Assembly (NCBI GenBank): GCA_963820555.1
Contig: CAWGAT010000036.1
Location: forward strand, 4,568 to 68,567
Direction: 5' to 3'
Length of the DNA: 64,000 nucleotides
Origin: Candidatus Bathyarchaeota archaeon
Lineage (GTDB): Archaea; Thermoproteota; Bathyarchaeia; TCS64
Below the pieces are notes generated by a model. That model had not been told where the DNA came from, ran no database searches, and was given only the letters and a program-made list of their open reading frames with translations. Of this stretch, positions 38,394 through 49,514 are shown piece after piece (within the stretch, counting starts at the first letter, position 1; the number at the start of each line of letters is the position of its first letter). The translations under genes and the position numbers were made by a program.

Positions 38394-39935
38394 GTGAGAC
38401 CTTTGAACCCCGAAGAGGTAGCATCAAGGCTAAACGAGAACGAGAGGAAGCTCCTGGTCGCCCTGAGGGGCGGCGGGGCATCCTCCACCGCCGCGCTCAG
38501 CCAGGCTACAGGTCTGGGCAGGGACGCCGTCGAGAAGGCCTCCGCTTGGGCGGAGACCAAGGGCGTCGTCAGCTTCAGGGCGGAGGTCTCACGATTCTTC
38601 AAGCTCACAGAGGAGGGAGCCAAAGTACGCGGACGAAGGGCTACCCGAGAAGCAGCTCATCGAGGCTGCGGTGAGCGGCGACAAAGAACTGACGCATCTC
38701 AAGGCGGATATCCCCGCCATCAACATCGCCCTCGTCTGGGTCCGCAGCAATGGCTGGGCAACCATCAAGGGTGGGAAGGTCGAGCCGACCCCCGAAGGCG
38801 CCAAGGCAGCGAAGACTGAGACCATCGACGAGAAGATACTAAAGCGTCTCGCTAAAGGCATGGTCCACGAGGGCAAGCTAGACGCAGAGCTCGTCACCCG
38901 AATCCCAATCCTCACAAAACGCGGACTCGTTGAGGTCAAGGAGGAGACGGAGCGATTCGTAGAGCTCACTCCATTTGGTGTTGAGGTCCTGCCCTTCGTC
39001 GAGGCAATAGCCTCGAAGCCCGTGATCACCCAGATCACCCCCGAGGTGCTCCAAGCGGGCACGTGGCGCGACGCCGTCATCCAACACTACGATGTCACCC
39101 TCCCCGTCCCGAGCCTCACCCCGGGCAAGCGCCACTTCATCAGCCAGATAATCGACTACATCCGCCGCTTCTGGGTCGAACTAGGCTTCAAGGAGATGAA
39201 GGGGAACTACCTCGAACTCAGCTTCTGGAACTTCGACGCCCTCTACCAGCCTCAGGACCACCCCGCAAGGGACCTCGCCGACACTTTCTACATGAAGACC
39301 CCCTATCAGGGGAGGCTCCCGGATAGGGAGCTCGTCATGCAGGTGAAGGAGACCCATGAGTATGGTTGGACCACTGGCTCCACCGGCTGGCAGTACAAGT
39401 GGAGCCCCGAGTTCGCTAGCCGCTGCGTGCCTCCGAACCCATACAACCAGCCTCAGCGTCCTTCAACTCAGCAAGCTCAAGGCTGAGGACCTCCCCGGGA
39501 AGTTCTTCAGCGTAGGCCGTGTCTTCCGGAACGAGGCAATAGACTGGAACCACCTCGCCGAGTTCTACCAGACCGATGGCATAGTCGTGGGTGAGGATGT
39601 CACATTCCGCGACATGCAGGGCTACCTCAAGGCGTACCTCGAGGGGCTTGGGGCTGAAGAAGTTCAGGTTCCGCCCCGGCTACTTCCCCTACACGGAGAT
39701 GAGCATGGAGGCCGAGGTCTGGATAGAGGAGCGAGGCGGCTGGATGGAGCTCTTCGGCGCCGGGATGTTCCGCCCCGAGGTCGTTAAGCCCCTCCTTGGC
39801 GTCGATGTCCCAGTCCTCGCCTGGGGCCCAGGCTTCGACAGGCTCGTCATGCAGAGCTACCATGTCAACACTATCAAGGAGCTGTATGGCAACGACATCG
39901 GGCTTCTCCGGAAGGCGAAGCTCTGGACGAGGTGA
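38394..39935 (+). CDS. pheS: Phenylalanine--tRNA ligase alpha subunit (archaeal type); three frame disruptions (about 38624, about 39430, G4 run 39650-39653)
   Basis: Pieces 38394..38819, 38671..39486, 39356..39787 and 39591..39935. Restored motifs LRTHTT, FSVGRVFRNEAID and FRPGYFPYTEMSMEAEVW. Confidence 0.9.
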
Positions 39936-39940
39936 CTTGA

Positions 39941-41604
39941 ATGCCGGTTATTAACGTCAACCTTGCGGACCTCCAAGAGGTACTGGGGAGGAAAGTCACC
40001 ATCGAGGAGCTTCAGGAGAAGCTCCCAATGATGGGGACGAGTTGGGAGGGGCAACACGAGGAGGGCTTCGCCCTAGAGGTCTTCCCCAACCGCCCAGACC
40101 TCATGAGCACCGAGGGGCTTGCGCGCGCATACGCGAGCTTCACCGGTGAGAGACCCGGCCTACACCACTACAGGGTCAAGGACGCCACATACTTGGCAAT
40201 CGTCGACGAGAAGACCCAAAAGATACGACCCTACTTCGTCTGCGCGGTCGCGAAGGGCGTGGACTTCAGCGACTCCCTCATTCGCAGTATAATTCAACTG
40301 CAGGAGAAGCTCCACATCACACACGGCAGGAAGCGACGCAAGGTCGCCATAGGACTCCACAACCTCAAGCCCATCCAGTTCCCCATCACCTACACGACAA
40401 AGCCGCCGGAGTTCAAGTTCAGGCCCCTCGGCGAGCGCTTCGAAAAGGATCTTCACTGGATGCTGACGGAGATGCAGAAGGGCGTTGAGTACGCCTGGAT
40501 ACTCGAGGGGGCCGAGGAGTACCCGATGATACTCGATGCGAAGGAGATGGTCCTATCGATGCCCCCGATTATAAACGGGGAGTACACCCGCATCGATGAG
40601 GCGACACGGGACATCTTCATCGACATCACTGGCACCGACATGAAGGCGATAACCGAGGCCCTCAACATAATATGCACCACGTTCGCGGACAGGGGCGCCG
40701 AGATCTACAGCGTCGAGGTCATGTACCCGGATAAGGCGATAAAGACCCCCGACCTCAGGCCCACGGAAGTGGAAGCTGAGCAACCATTACGTCAACAAGA
40801 CCCTCGGACTGAAGCTGAGCCACGCAGGAGACCGTGATGCTCCTGGGGAAGATGGGGCACGGCGCCGAGGTCGTGGGCGACGAGATCGACGTCTACGTCC
40901 CATGCTATCGGACGGACGTGATGCACCCCATAGACCTCGTCGAGGACGTCGCCATCGCCTATGGATACGATAAGATCGTCCCTAACATCCCGCCTATCCA
41001 CACGAAGGCGGGGGAGGACCAACTCGAGATATTCAGCAGGTACATCCGCAACTTCCTCGTCGGCTTCGGCCACATGGAGGTCGTGACCTTCATGCTGAGC
41101 AACAGGGAGAAGCTCTTCACGAAGATGAGCATCCCCGTTGAGTCGGTGGCTGAGGTCGAGAACCCGAAGATGGAGGGTTACAACGTCCTCCGCAACATGC
41201 TCCTCCCCAGCCTCATGGAGGTCCTCAGCGTCAACAAGCACCACCCGTACCCTCAGAGCCTCTACGAGGTGGACGACGTGATCCTCCTCGACGACAAGAC
41301 GGACATAGGGGCAAGGAGCGCCCGCAGACTAGCTGTGGTCCAGTGCCACGCCAAGGCGAGCTTCAGCGACATCAAGGCGACGATGAACTCGATCCTCGAG
41401 AACCTGGAGGTCAAGGCGGAGATAGAGGCGGGAGGCTGGGACTGCTTCATCGACGGGAGGCGCCTCGTCGCGAAGGTGAATGGTGAGCCCCTCTGCTGGG
41501 CTGGGGAGATCAGGCCGGAGTCCCTCGAGGCGTGGGGGCTGGAGATGCCAGTCGTCGCCCTCGAGATGGACATCGACCTCCTCAAGAGGGTCGTTAAACC
41601 CTAG
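39941..41604 (+). CDS. pheT: Phenylalanine--tRNA ligase beta subunit (archaeal type); two frame disruptions (about 40775, about 40828)
   Basis: ORF 39941..40837 and ORF 40834..41604 are bridged by a third-frame segment WKLSNHYVNKTLGLKLSHAG. Starts 5 nt after pheS. Confidence 0.9.
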
Positions 41605-42035
41605 TTTTTCGCCTTTTCCACTATTCCGTTTATGAATCGTCTTCGTCTGTGTAAGCGACCCTGTCGTCCGTATTTCTCGAAGCTGATTTCAATCTGTAGG
41701 CTTCGGCGTCGCGGGTGGTCGTAGCCAGTCGCGGAAGAGATGTGTTCGTGGAATGGCTCCCTCTTGACAGGTGAAGGTGGAAGCCGGGCTGTGGGCTTCC
41801 AGGCAGTAGTACCAGTCGGGGTCCCGGAGGCGTCTCGTATCGAGTTGAGGAGCCCTGCACCTTCGGCGCTCCGTTCACGCCGCGATGATGTCAATGATGG
41901 CTTCGCCCAGAGGCCGGGACGCTCGTGCTCCCGATGTTCGAGGATGATGTCTCCCGCGTTCTTGATGAGCTGCTCTCCTCAGTAGATCCTCGGCCACTCG
42001 GGGTCGTAGGGCACCAACACGACTGGTCTGGGCAT
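41601..42035 (-). pseudogene. GrpB-family (UPF0157) gene remnant with an in-frame TGA and at least five frame flips
   Basis: Starts MPRPVVLVPYDPEWPRIY-TGA. The family motifs HIGSTSVP / GLWAKP / IIDIIAA / FHLHL / DAEAYRLK / DRVAYTD / FINGIVEKA are scattered over all three frames. Confidence 0.55.
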
Positions 42036-42096
42036 CAAATCTCTGTGATGACTTGCTCTCTTTTATAGCTCATGCCACAATATTCAGTGGATCGTC

Positions 42097-42977
42097 TTGG
42101 GTGAGAGGCCCGGCGTCCCACCGAACCTGGTTCTGTTCGTTAGCATGTAGCAGTTTCGACGGCCTCGATCCTTATCCGGCTTACAGATGCGCCACCCATG
42201 GCAATCGCTACTTGGCGACTCGTCCTCTCTACGCTGATGTTGCTCCCCTTCTTCTTAAGTCGTGGCGGGGTCTCCAAGCTGCGCGCAATGGGGCGGGGTG
42301 ACCTACTGACGCTGGCTGGGGTTGGAGTGGTGCTTGCTGTCCACTTCGCGACTTGGATAACGAGCCTCAGCTACACCTCGGTGGCGAGTTCGGTGATCTT
42401 CGTCCACGTTGACCCCATCTTCGTGGCGCTGGTGAGCCACTTCGTCCTCGGGGAGAGGGTGAGCAGGCGCGTCGCATTAGGGATAGGGATCGCCTTCGTG
42501 GGGGCGTCGATCATCGCCTTCGGTGACCTCGGCGTCGGTGGGGAGAATCTAGTGGGGGACGCGCTGTCCCTCGTGGGGGCGATCGCGCTAGGCATCTACA
42601 TCATGGCTGGGAGGAGGCTCAGGCAGAGGCTCGATTTAACGACGTACGTCACTCCGGTGTACGCGGTCTCCGCCGCCGTGCTGGCGATTGGAAGCGTCGC
42701 CGTCGGGGCCCCGCTCGTCGGTTACGATTCCGGGGTGATCCTGATGTTCTTCGCCATCGCCCTCGTCCCCATGATATTCGGCCACACCCTCTACAACTGG
42801 GCGCTGAGGTGGATATCAGCCCCCGTGGTGAGCATCAGCCTCCTCGGGGAGCCCGTGGGGGCCTCGATACTCGCCTTCTTCATCCTAGGTGAGTACCCCG
42901 GTCCCCTCACCCTCGTCGGCGGTGCCGTGACTCTCGTGGGCATCCTCGTCTGCGCCTACCAACCCGCGAGTAAGTAA
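42097..42977 (+). CDS. EamA/DMT-family transporter; one frame disruption near 42145
   Basis: The frame of ORF 42198..42977 is open upstream to 42144 (VAVSTASILIRLTDAPPMAIATWRL). The likely N-terminus from TTG 42097 lies in another frame. Confidence 0.7.
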
Positions 42978-43044
42978 ATATCGGGACCTGCTCGGAGTGG
43001 GAAACGAAATAAACCCTGTCGTGGTTAGTTAACCTCGATCATTA

Positions 43045-43971
43045 ATGGTGTTCAAGGGCAAGTTCAAGGGCATACTCTGCCTGCCTGTCACCCCCTTCGT
43101 TCCGGGGGGAGAGGAGATCGACGAGGAGGCGATGCGCCGCATCACCGACATCATAATCGAGGACGGCGCCGACGCACTCGTCCCCGTGGGCGCCACGGGT
43201 GAGTTCCCCTACCTCCTCCACGAGGAGAGGAAGAGGGTCATCGACATCACTGTCGATCAGGCGAATGGGCGCGTCCCCGTCATCGCCGGGACAGGTGCCA
43301 TGTCTACAAAGGAGGCCCGGATGTTCACGCAGTACGCGAAGGACGTGGGCTGCGCCGGCGTAATGCTCAGCCACCCCCTCATGGTCCGGGCGAACGACCA
43401 TGAGACCTACCACCACTTCGAGGAGATAGCCACCAAGGTGGACATACCCATCATACTCTACAACAACCCCGGCTTCGGAGCCTCCATAAGCCCCAGCGTC
43501 GTCGCCCGCCTCGCGGAGAACTTCGACAACGTAGTCGGTTACAAGGAGGACGACTTCTTCAGCCTCCGCTACAGCGACATAATCTGGCGCGTCCGCGAGA
43601 AGATCGCCGTATACACGGGTAGCCCTTCAGCTTATCTCGCCTTCCTCGCCCAGGGCGCGACGGGTGCCCTCATCGCCGAGTTCCAGGCATTCCCCCACAT
43701 AATGATCGGCCTCAAGAAGGCCTGGGAGAAGGGGGACATGAAGAAGGCCCTCTACTACCACGAGCTCGTCGTGAAGATGTTCAACATCATCGACACCAAT
43801 TTCGGTACTGCGAGTTTCTGGGGGCGATACAAGGCGATCTGGAGGCTCAGGGGCGTCGACATGGAGCTGGATGTTAGGGCACCATGCACACCGGTTACGC
43901 CGGAGCAGCTCGAGAAGGCGGCGCCGGAGTTCATGAAGCTCGACATCGAGAAGACGTGGTTCAGGGGTTAG
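43045..43971 (+). CDS. DapA/N-acetylneuraminate-lyase-family class I aldolase
   Basis: Intact 308 aa. PVTPF..., VPVGATGEF, AGTGA and YNNPG motifs. Confidence 0.85.
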   Translation: MVFKGKFKGILCLPVTPFVPGGEEIDEEAMRRITDIIIEDGADALVPVGATGEFPYLLHEERKRVIDITVDQANGRVPVIAGTGAMSTKEARMFTQYAKDVGCAGVMLSHPLMVRANDHETYHHFEEIATKVDIPIILYNNPGFGASISPSVVARLAENFDNVVGYKEDDFFSLRYSDIIWRVREKIAVYTGSPSAYLAFLAQGATGALIAEFQAFPHIMIGLKKAWEKGDMKKALYYHELVVKMFNIIDTNFGTASFWGRYKAIWRLRGVDMELDVRAPCTPVTPEQLEKAAPEFMKLDIEKTWFRG

Positions 43972-44025
43972 ACTCCTTCTGGGGAACCTTTCTTATTCCC
44001 CTGACACCTTTTTTCAGAGATCAAC

Positions 44026-45240
44026 ATGGCTGATATCAAGGTTCTCAGGGAGAAGGTTAGGGGCGAGGTGGACACCGTCATGCCCCGCCTCGTCGAGATG
44101 AGCGACTGGATAGGGAAGCACCCCGAGCTGGGCAGCGAGGAGGTGGAGTCCTCGAAGCTCCTCGCGGGTGAGCTTAGGAAGCACGGCTTCAAGGTGGAGA
44201 TGGGGGTCCTCGGTATGCCCACCGCCTTCAAGGCCGTCTACAAGGGTAAGGGGAAGGGCCCGATTATCGCCTTCCTCTGCGAGTACGACGCCTTACCCGG
44301 CGTCGGTCACGGTTGCGGCCACAACATAATAGGCACCTCAGGTCTCGGGGCTGGGATAGCTGTTTCGAAGCTGATGAAGGGGCTCCCCGGAGAGCTCTGG
44401 GTCGTCGGCACACCCGCCGAGGAGGGGCACGGCCCGAGCAGCAGCGCCAAGAAGAGGATGGCGGAGGCCGGTTTCTTCAAGGGCGTCGACGCGGTGATGA
44501 TGATGCACCCTATGGGTAACAGCAAGGCGACGGTCGCCACCGGGTTCCTTGCTATCACCGGGATCAGGATCGAGTATGCGGGGAAGACGGCGCATGCGGC
44601 GGCTGACCCCCAGAACGGGCTCAACGCCCTCAACGCGGCGGTTCTCTGCTTCATGGCTATTCACGCCAACCGGCAGCAGCTACGCCGAGACGCCAACCCA
44701 GTCGTCCACGGCATCATAACCGAGGGCGGTCTCGCCAACAACATAATCCCCGACCGCGCAGTCCTCCAGTTCGGCGTCCGCAGCAGCGACGACGCATATA
44801 TACCCACCCTCGTCCAGATGGTGGAGAACAGCGCAAAGGGGGCGGCCATCGCCACAGGTTGTGAAGTCAAGGTCTCGGTAAACCCTGGCCTCAAGTCCAA
44901 CGTCAGGAACCCTCCACTTGAGAAGCTCTTCGTGAAAGCGTACAAGGAACTTGGGATCGAGGCGGAGGACCCAGACTACACGGCCGCCCAGCCGCCGGGC
45001 GGGAGCACCGACTTCACCGACCTGAGCCACTTCGTCCCCGGCATGCACACCATGCTCGGCTTCACGAAAGCCAACATCACCAGCCACAGCAGGGAGCTCT
45101 GCGCCGCGACGATGACGGAGGAGGGACACAGGGGCATAGAGATTGGGGCCAAGGTACTAGCCCTCGCTGGCGTCGAGGTCCTCACCGACGTGAAGCTCCG
45201 CGCCGAGATCAAAGAAGCCTTCGACAAGGCGAAGAAGTGA
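44026..45240 (+). CDS. M20-family amidohydrolase (AbgB/M20D-like)
   Basis: Intact 404 aa. GVGHGCGHNIIG metal-binding motif and GTPAEEG. Confidence 0.85.
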   Translation: MADIKVLREKVRGEVDTVMPRLVEMSDWIGKHPELGSEEVESSKLLAGELRKHGFKVEMGVLGMPTAFKAVYKGKGKGPIIAFLCEYDALPGVGHGCGHNIIGTSGLGAGIAVSKLMKGLPGELWVVGTPAEEGHGPSSSAKKRMAEAGFFKGVDAVMMMHPMGNSKATVATGFLAITGIRIEYAGKTAHAAADPQNGLNALNAAVLCFMAIHANRQQLRRDANPVVHGIITEGGLANNIIPDRAVLQFGVRSSDDAYIPTLVQMVENSAKGAAIATGCEVKVSVNPGLKSNVRNPPLEKLFVKAYKELGIEAEDPDYTAAQPPGGSTDFTDLSHFVPGMHTMLGFTKANITSHSRELCAATMTEEGHRGIEIGAKVLALAGVEVLTDVKLRAEIKEAFDKAKK

Positions 45241-45295
45241 CTCGGGGCCCAGCTCCCAAACCCTAAATACGCTCCAGCTTAACCTACTTGAACCG

Positions 45296-46060
45296 GTGAC
45301 TATTATGAAGAACGAGTTCAAGCGTATGATGAAGGCCGGGAAGCAGGGCTTCGGCACCTGGATCACGGTCGAGAGCCCCATGTGCGCAGAGATGATGAGC
45401 AGCATGGGATTCGACTACTTCGTGCTAGACAACGAGCACAGCCCCCTCGACATACTCCACATCCAGACCCTGATGCAGGCCTTCCGCCCCGACTCGAAGA
45501 CGTCCCCCATCGTCCGCCCCTGGTGGAATGACATGGTGGCCATCAAGCGGGCCCTAGACATCGGCGCCCAGGGACTCCTCATCCCCTGGATAAACACCCC
45601 TGAGCAGGCGAAGGCCGCCGTCAGCTACACTCGCTATGCCCCCAAGGGGCTCCGCGGCTGTGGTCCCCGCCGCGCGGCGATGTTCGACCCCGACTACCTC
45701 AAGACGGCGAACGACGAGATCTTCATCGCGGTCCAGATCGAGACGAAGGAGGCTGTGAAGAACATTGACGCCATTCTGAGCGTGGAGGGTGTCGACTGCG
45801 CCTACATCGGGCCTGCCGACCTTTCTGCGAGCCTCGGTCACATCGGTGACTTCACCCCAAAGGACGAGCAGGATGCCATCGACAAGGTCTTCGACGCCTG
45901 CAAGGCTCACGGCGTCGCCGCCGGCATCCACGAGGGATGCGGAAAGCCCCTCAAGGAGAGGATCCAGAAGGGCTATAATATGGTGACATGCGGGAACGAC
46001 CTCGTCTACATGAAGATGGGCGTCCAGAACCAGTTCAAGGAACTGGGAATAAAGAAGTAG
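45296..46060 (+). CDS. HpcH/HpaI-family 2-keto-3-deoxy-acid aldolase
   Basis: 254 aa. GFDYFVLDNEHSP, VRPWWND and QIETKEAV motifs. Likely start ATG 45305. Confidence 0.85.
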   Translation: MTIMKNEFKRMMKAGKQGFGTWITVESPMCAEMMSSMGFDYFVLDNEHSPLDILHIQTLMQAFRPDSKTSPIVRPWWNDMVAIKRALDIGAQGLLIPWINTPEQAKAAVSYTRYAPKGLRGCGPRRAAMFDPDYLKTANDEIFIAVQIETKEAVKNIDAILSVEGVDCAYIGPADLSASLGHIGDFTPKDEQDAIDKVFDACKAHGVAAGIHEGCGKPLKERIQKGYNMVTCGNDLVYMKMGVQNQFKELGIKK

Positions 46061-46141
46061 TCGAGCCCCTTTTTCGCTCGACCCGAAGCGACGGCTCGCG
46101 TCCTTTATATACACGGAGATTTTCTCCAGCCTACGACGACT

Positions 46142-46684
46142 ATGAGCGGGAACGCGGCGCTGGTGATAATCGACGTTCAGAGCGCCTTCTTCGACAAGGA
46201 CGGCCACGTCTACGCCTACCGCGGGGACGAGTTCCTGTCAACGATCAAGGGGCTGATCTCGCGGGCGAGGAAAGCCGGCGTACCGGTCATATACGTCCAG
46301 CACGACGGGGATAAGGGGACCCCATTCGAGCCCGGGAAACCGGGCTGGCCAATACACCCCGCAATCGCTCCCCTGAAGGGGGAGCTGGTCATTCACAAGC
46401 GGACCCCCGACTCCTTCTACGGCACGACGCTTCAGGCTGAACTCGAATCACGGGGAATAAGGAAGCTCATAATCACGGGCTTCCAGAGCGACTGGTGCGT
46501 CGACACGACGGTGCGCCGCGCCTACAGCCTCGAATACGACGTTACGGTTGTGGAGGACGCCCACAGCACGTATGACACGAAGATACTGAAGGCGCCCCAG
46601 ATAATCGCCCACCACAACTCGATCTTTGGCGGCAGATTCGCCAAGCTCGTGAAGGCCGCGGACATAGACTTCGATAAACTTTAA
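46142..46684 (+). CDS. Isochorismatase-family cysteine hydrolase
   Basis: Intact 180 aa. ALVIIDVQSAFF, and ITGFQSDWCVDTT containing the catalytic Cys. Confidence 0.85.
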   Translation: MSGNAALVIIDVQSAFFDKDGHVYAYRGDEFLSTIKGLISRARKAGVPVIYVQHDGDKGTPFEPGKPGWPIHPAIAPLKGELVIHKRTPDSFYGTTLQAELESRGIRKLIITGFQSDWCVDTTVRRAYSLEYDVTVVEDAHSTYDTKILKAPQIIAHHNSIFGGRFAKLVKAADIDFDKL

Positions 46685-46732
46685 GCTGAGGTTGTTGCAG
46701 AGTAGCAAGACATCTCCAAGAAATTTACTCAG

Positions 46733-46870
46733 CGAAAAGCATCCGCTGCACCTCCACCGCCAAAGGAACGATAAAAACCCGCCAAACAGGAAAAATGGTT
46801 AAAATAAGCGGAAACATGGCGGTGGCGAGGGTACCCCCCTCCCCCCCTGCGCGCACGCACAGATACAAAG
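46733..46870. repeat. Intergenic conserved element, copy B (candidate structured RNA or 5' leader)
   Basis: Partner of 27919..28055. Helix 46754-46761 (ccaccgcc) pairs with 46818-46825 (ggcggtgg), which is a compensatory G-C to A-T change relative to copy A. C-rich tail. Confidence 0.6.
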
Positions 46871-46972
46871 AATCTACCGAATAACCAGCGACAATCCATC
46901 CAATACGTAAAACCGAACCACCTTAGCCAATTCTTAATAGCAAGCTAGGCTCACGGAATCTTGGCGAACCCA

Positions 46973-47783
46973 ATGGTCGGCACGGTAGCAGTCATCGGCG
47001 CAGGAGTAATCGGCGGAGCCATCGTCAAGTGCCTACAAGAGTCCGAGGAGGTCGGTAAGGTCATCGCGACCCGCCGCAGCCTCGAGGCCCTCAAGGCGCT
47101 GAAGGAGCTAGGCGCCGAGGTCACCACGGACAACAAGGCCGCGGCCAAGAAGGCGGACATCATCTTCCTCTGCGTCAAACCCAACGATGTCGCCACCGTC
47201 CTCCAGGGCATAGAGGAGGAGGTCGAGGGAAAGTTAGTCATAAGCACAGCCGCCATCATCCCATTAAAGTACTACAGCGATGCCGTCCCCGTCGCGAGGT
47301 ACGTCCGTAGCATGCCCAACATAGCCGCACTCGTCGGCGAGAGCTTCACCGCGTACGTCTGTGACCCAAAGGTCACAACAGAGGACAAGATCCACCGTGA
47401 AGACCCTGCTAGACACCATGGGCACATGCACCGAGGTGGAGGAGAAGTACATGGACGCCATCACTGGCCTCACGGGTAGTGGTCCTGCTTTCGTCGCTAT
47501 AGTCATCGACGCCTTAATGTTCGCCGGCTTAAAGGTTGGGCTCCCTCGGGAACTGAGCCTACGTGGTGCCGCCCAGTCCGTTCTCGGAGCCGCAAAACTT
47601 GTTCTCGACGGCACAATGAAGCCGACCGAGATAGCGGAGATGGTAACCACCCCTGGAGGCACGACCATCGACGGCATCTACGAGATAGAGGACGGAAAGC
47701 TCCGCACCGCCCTCATGAACGCGGTCGAGGCAGCGACAAAGAAGAGTGCAAACATGCGCTTCAAGTGGGAGAAGAGCGAGTGA
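46973..47783 (+). CDS. proC: Pyrroline-5-carboxylate reductase; one frame disruption near 47393
   Basis: VAVIGAGVIGGAI Rossmann motif. ORF 46961..47479 joins 47361..47783 (GSGPAF..., TPGGTTIDGI...). Confidence 0.85.
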
Positions 47784-47823
47784 AGAAGCTGTTAAATCCC
47801 CTATTCAACCCATTTCTCAGCCA

Positions 47824-49453
47824 GTGAATGACTTGTCGTACGATCTTCTGATAATGAATGGCAAGGTGATCGATGGTGCGGGGAACCCCTGGTATTGGGG
47901 GGACGTAGCCGTCGAGGGCGATAGGATCGCCGCCATAGGTAAGCTATCCGACGTGAAGGCAGGGCGGGTCATCGATGCCAAGGAGCTTGTGGTCGCCCCG
48001 GGCTTCGTAGACGCCCACAGCCACAGCGACTTCAACACCCTCGTCTACCGGGAGATGGAGAGCACCGTGATGCAGGGCATCACCACGGTGGTTGCGGGGC
48101 AGTGCGGCTCGACCGCTGCCCCGGTCGAACCCGGCTCAGCGCGAGTCCTTCGAGAAGCAGGCCAACGCCCAGCTCCCGTCGGGTGTCAAGATCAAGGTGA
48201 CCTGGAGCACTTTCGACGAGTACCTCAAGGAGGAGGAGAAGGCGGGCCTCGGCGCAAACGTCGCCCACATGGTCGGCCACGGCGCCATACGCGAGGCAGC
48301 AATGGGCGCAGACGCCCGCCCCCCAACCGCTAAGGAGCTGAGGAGGATGAAGGAACTCTGCGAGGAGGCGATGAAGGCCGGCGCCTACGGCCTTAGCTCG
48401 GGGCTCATCTACCCCCCCGGCATCTTCGCCAACACGCGGGAGCTGATCGAGGTCGCCAAGGTCGCCGCCGAGTACGGCGGCATCTACGACACCCACATCA
48501 GGGGCGAGGGCCGCGCCCTCCTCAAGTCGGTCCGCGAGGCCATCAAGATAGGCGAGAAGGCGGGGCTCCCCGTCCAGATAAGCCACCACAAGGCCGCGAA
48601 CAAGGCAGTATGGGGGAAGAGCAGAACCACTCTCAGGCTCATCGAGAAGGCCCGCGCAAAGGGAATAGACGTGACCGTCGACCAGTATCCCTACCGCGCC
48701 GGAGCCACCAGCCTGGTCACCCTCCTCCCCCCTGGGCCCACGACGGGGGCATGGAGAAGCTCCTCGCCCGACTCGCTGACCCGAAGCAGAGGGAGAAGAT
48801 GAGGAAGGACATTAAGGACGGCATCCCAGGCTGGGAGAACTTCGCGGGCGAGCTCGGCTGGGAGAACGTCATGGTCTCCAGCATCAAGGGGGAGAAGAAC
48901 CGTCGAATACGAGGGGAAGACCATGGACGTCATCGCGAAGGAGATGAAGGAGAAGGACGTCTTCGACGCCCTCTGGAAGCTCATCCTCGCCGAGGAGGGG
49001 ACGCCCGGAATGATCGTCTTCAGCATGGACGAGGGCGACATAAAGCGAATAATGGCGAGCCCCTACCAGATGGTCGGAACCGACGCAAGTAGCGTCTGCA
49101 CGGTCGGCCCATTCGGCCTCGGCAAGCCGCACCCACGCTACTACGGCACCTACCCGAGGGTCCTCGGCAAGTACGTCCGCGAGGAGGGGGTGATGCGCCT
49201 CGAGGAAGCCATAAGGAAGATGACGAGCTTCCCCGCCCAGCGCTTTGGCATCCTAGACCGCGGCCTCCTCCGCCCAGGCATGCACGCTGACATCACCGTC
49301 CTCAACCCAGACAAGGTCATCGACAAGGCGACGTTCGAGGACCCCCACCGATACCCTGAGGGCATTCCCTACGTCGTCGTAAACGGCACAGTTACTGTAG
49401 ACGACGGGAAATTTAAGAAGGTCCTTGCCGGGAAGACACTGAGAAAACATTAA
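47824..49453 (+). CDS. N-acyl-D-amino-acid deacylase (D-aminoacylase) family amidohydrolase; about three frame disruptions
   Basis: N-terminus YDLLIMNGKVIDGAGNPWYWGDVAVEGDRIAAIG...PGFVDAHSHSD. Pieces 47746..48333, 48092..48802, 48610..49092 and 48923..49453. Confidence 0.85.
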
Positions 49454-49480
49454 CCCGATTAAATAACAAATAAATCCAAT

Positions 49481-49514
49481 AAAACCCTCCCGAGAAAATA
49501 AAGGAGGGGGTTTT
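49481..49514. terminator. Bidirectional hairpin with flanking T/A tracts between convergent genes
   Basis: aaaaccctcc-(12 nt)-ggagggggtttt. The stem is ccctcc/ggaggg. A TTTT run follows on either strand. Confidence 0.45.
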
